This document shows positions 61,629-64,000 of a stretch of 64,000 nt of DNA, piece after piece (position 1 is the first letter of the stretch; every line of letters begins with the position of its first letter). This stretch comes from Podarcis melisellensis (taxonomy: Eukaryota). The DNA is taken from NCBI GenBank assembly GCA_964234715.1, contig OZ174275.1; one strand, given 5' to 3'. The notes below the pieces were generated by a model. The model worked only from the letters and a program-made list of their open reading frames with translations. It was not told the origin of the DNA and ran no database searches. The position numbers were made by a program, and so were the translations under genes.

Positions 61629-63051
61629 ATAAGTACATGCAGTGTATTTCCCCCCCCCCCCAGCAGTATGCTGTGATATGGAGTACTAGCACCTTGTGGG
61701 TGGGGGTGGTATCTTTTAAGATATGAGTACTAACACCTCATTTTAAAAATGTATAAATCAGCCTATCACCATTTTGTATCTTTTAAGCACCTCTACATAT
61801 CACAATTAATTATCACACACAAAAAAAGCAGGTGTAAAGACGTATATATTTTCCAAGCTCCAAAACCTGAGATAAAGCAACGGCCAAACAGTAGTCAAAT
61901 AAAACCATTCACGTGTAATGTATCTGCCAAGCGGTAGTTGTCAAAAACTCAAAAAGAGAAATTTGAACTGCCTTGTGGTAAGTTTTGTTTACCAAACACA
62001 GCACCCAGCCCCATAGCCTCCAAAATAATATTATTCTTTTCTATAATTGTCATTTATTCTGTCTACTCTGATTGCAAAATCTTTTAAAGTACGTTAGTAA
62101 ACTGAAACATTGAAAGCAGACACAAAATCTAATTATCCATTGTTTCAAAATACCATATGTTTCTTTTAACATCAAACAATGAAGTAGAACACATGCATAT
62201 TTCAAAGAAGTCTTTGATAGTAATGGATAAGGAGAAAAGGCATTATCTTGGCCTATATACGGCATGTATGTTAAAATTTTTATTGAATGTTTTTATCTTG
62301 GCCAAATGTTTTACTTTTCCTCATACAGAAGGGTAAAAGAAAGCAGGCAATGTGGCTTGTCACTTCTATGGTAGACATAATTTTGGATCCAGTTATGATC
62401 CTGGAGACTATTTTTGGCATGTTGATCCTTCTTACAAAATTGCCAGGTGTTCTTACCGACAGTATGAAGGAGCAAGGGAGACATTGAAATAAAACATATA
62501 TCGATAGCATCAGGAATAACCCAATTCTTTCTGAGTAGCGTAATCATTCCAAAATGCAAATGAAAGCAATTGCTTTTAATGCTGGAAGAAAAACTTATCT
62601 GCTGGTTGTGTGTGTTTTTTTTTAGCCAGCTGGAAAAAGGAATAATTCTAATCACAGCATACAACCAAAGTATACCCTTTCTTCACATTCAAGTAAATGG
62701 ATCTTGAATAAGAATTTAAATGTCAGTAAGAGGGGTCTAAAGAATCCTTTGCCAAAATAAGCCAAAAGATTGCCCATGTGGTTCTGGGAAAAAAATAACT
62801 GCACAGGAGAGAGGAGAGGTAACGTGTACACTCACTCCAGCCCTGCCTTTGTCAACCATGTTGTCCCTTCCCAAAGGCTGTTGAGAGGTTGAGAGCACAT
62901 CAACAGTAGAGCTGCCTACTGAACCCACAGAAGCTGTCCCTGTGAGCTGGAGCCCTGAACAGCGGTGGGGATAAACATGCACGTCTCCTCTATCACTCAG
63001 TTTCTCCTCTATCGCACCATTGTAGCACTTACGTTTGACTAATGTCAGCTT

Positions 63052-63449
63052 ATGGAAGTGAGAACTGGACTATAAAGAAGGCTGATCGCCGAAGACTTGA
63101 TGGTTTTGAATATGGTGCTGGAGGAGACCCATGGACTGCAAGAAGATCAAACCTATCCATTCTTAAGGAAATCAGCCCTGAGTGCTCACTGGAAGGACAG
63201 ATCCTGAAGCTGAGGCTCCAATACTTTGGCCACATCATGAGAAGACTCCCTGGAAAAGATCCTGATGTTGGGAAAGATGGAGGGCACAAGGAGAAGGGGA
63301 CGACGGAGGACGAGATGGTTGGATAGTGTTCTCAAAGGTACCAGCATGAGTTTGACCAAACTGCGGGAGGCAGTGGAAGACAGGAGTGCCTGGCGTGCTC
63401 TGGTCCATGGGGTCACGAAGAGTCGGACACGACTAAACGACTAAACAAC
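63052..63449 (+). mobile_element. BovB (RTE clade) LINE, 5'-truncated 3' end
   Basis: YGSENWTIKKADRRRLDGFE...PWTARRSNLSILKEISPECSLEGQILKLRLQYFGHIMRR is the BovB RT C-terminus. Tail GGGGTCACGAAGAGTCGGACACGACTAAACGACTAAACAAC. 11-bp TSD AATGTCAGCTT (63041-63051, 63450-63460). Confidence 0.96.
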
Positions 63450-64000
63450 AATGTCAGCTTCTGGTGCTCTTTGGCTACTTGTTGTTCCTAAGAACATCAC
63501 ACCAGCTGCATCACTAACATGTCATTCTGTGTGGGATAAAAGCGAGAGAGGATTTTGCAGTTTCCAAACTCTTTTCTTTTCTTCTACTTCCTCTGTTGTT
63601 GTTATTCTTTGTAGATTTGTTCATTCTTTTTATTGCATTGTGAAAAATTTCAATAAACCTTTTTTAAAACAAAAAATATGCCATTGGGTCTCTTCCAAGC
63701 ATGCTGGGATTTTACAATGTAACAGAGCATAGTTTTTTGTACGCTACTTCTCCAACCACACTGAACAATCAAAACTGGAGCCATTTAACAGTATTGTAGG
63801 ATACTCATGAAATGAAATATAACTCAATTTGTACTACTGGTGCAGTAATCCTCCAGTTTATAGTGTTTGCACATTGTAGGTTCAGTGTTATACACAGTTA
63901 CCTGGGAGTAAATCTCACTGAACTCAGTGAGATTTGCCTCTGAGTAGGCATGCTAAGGCTTGCACTGCAAAATACCCCAGGACATCATGGTAATTATGTG

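Overview
Eukaryotic, almost entirely non-coding DNA from a squamate reptile, most likely a lacertid lizard. The taxon call rests on Sauria (Squam1) SINEs, a Squam3/MIR-type SINE, a BovB 3' end, CR1/L2 tails, Penelope-like ends and hAT/Tc1-mariner MITEs. Family names come from my recall of consensus sequences, not from a database search. I recognised no host protein-coding gene, and nearly all ORF-track entries are chance or TE-derived. A repeat-poor block at about 27.8-32.3 kb looks like alternative minus-strand promoters/first exons of a large unidentified gene. A few plus-strand exon-like segments lie at 37-39 kb. The most interesting structures are: (1) four short Penelope-derived insertions, three carrying a minimal type-I hammerhead ribozyme motif and two folded into long hairpins, with one intact core at 57725-57762(-); (2) an 871-bp compound hAT element with an 8-bp TSD, two right ends and about 660 bp of captured CpG-island-like DNA, nested in a SINE (40180-41050); (3) a second double-right-end hAT-like element containing an L2 tail; (4) a perfect 34-bp fold-back palindrome at an L2 5' junction. 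Two assembly gaps are present.
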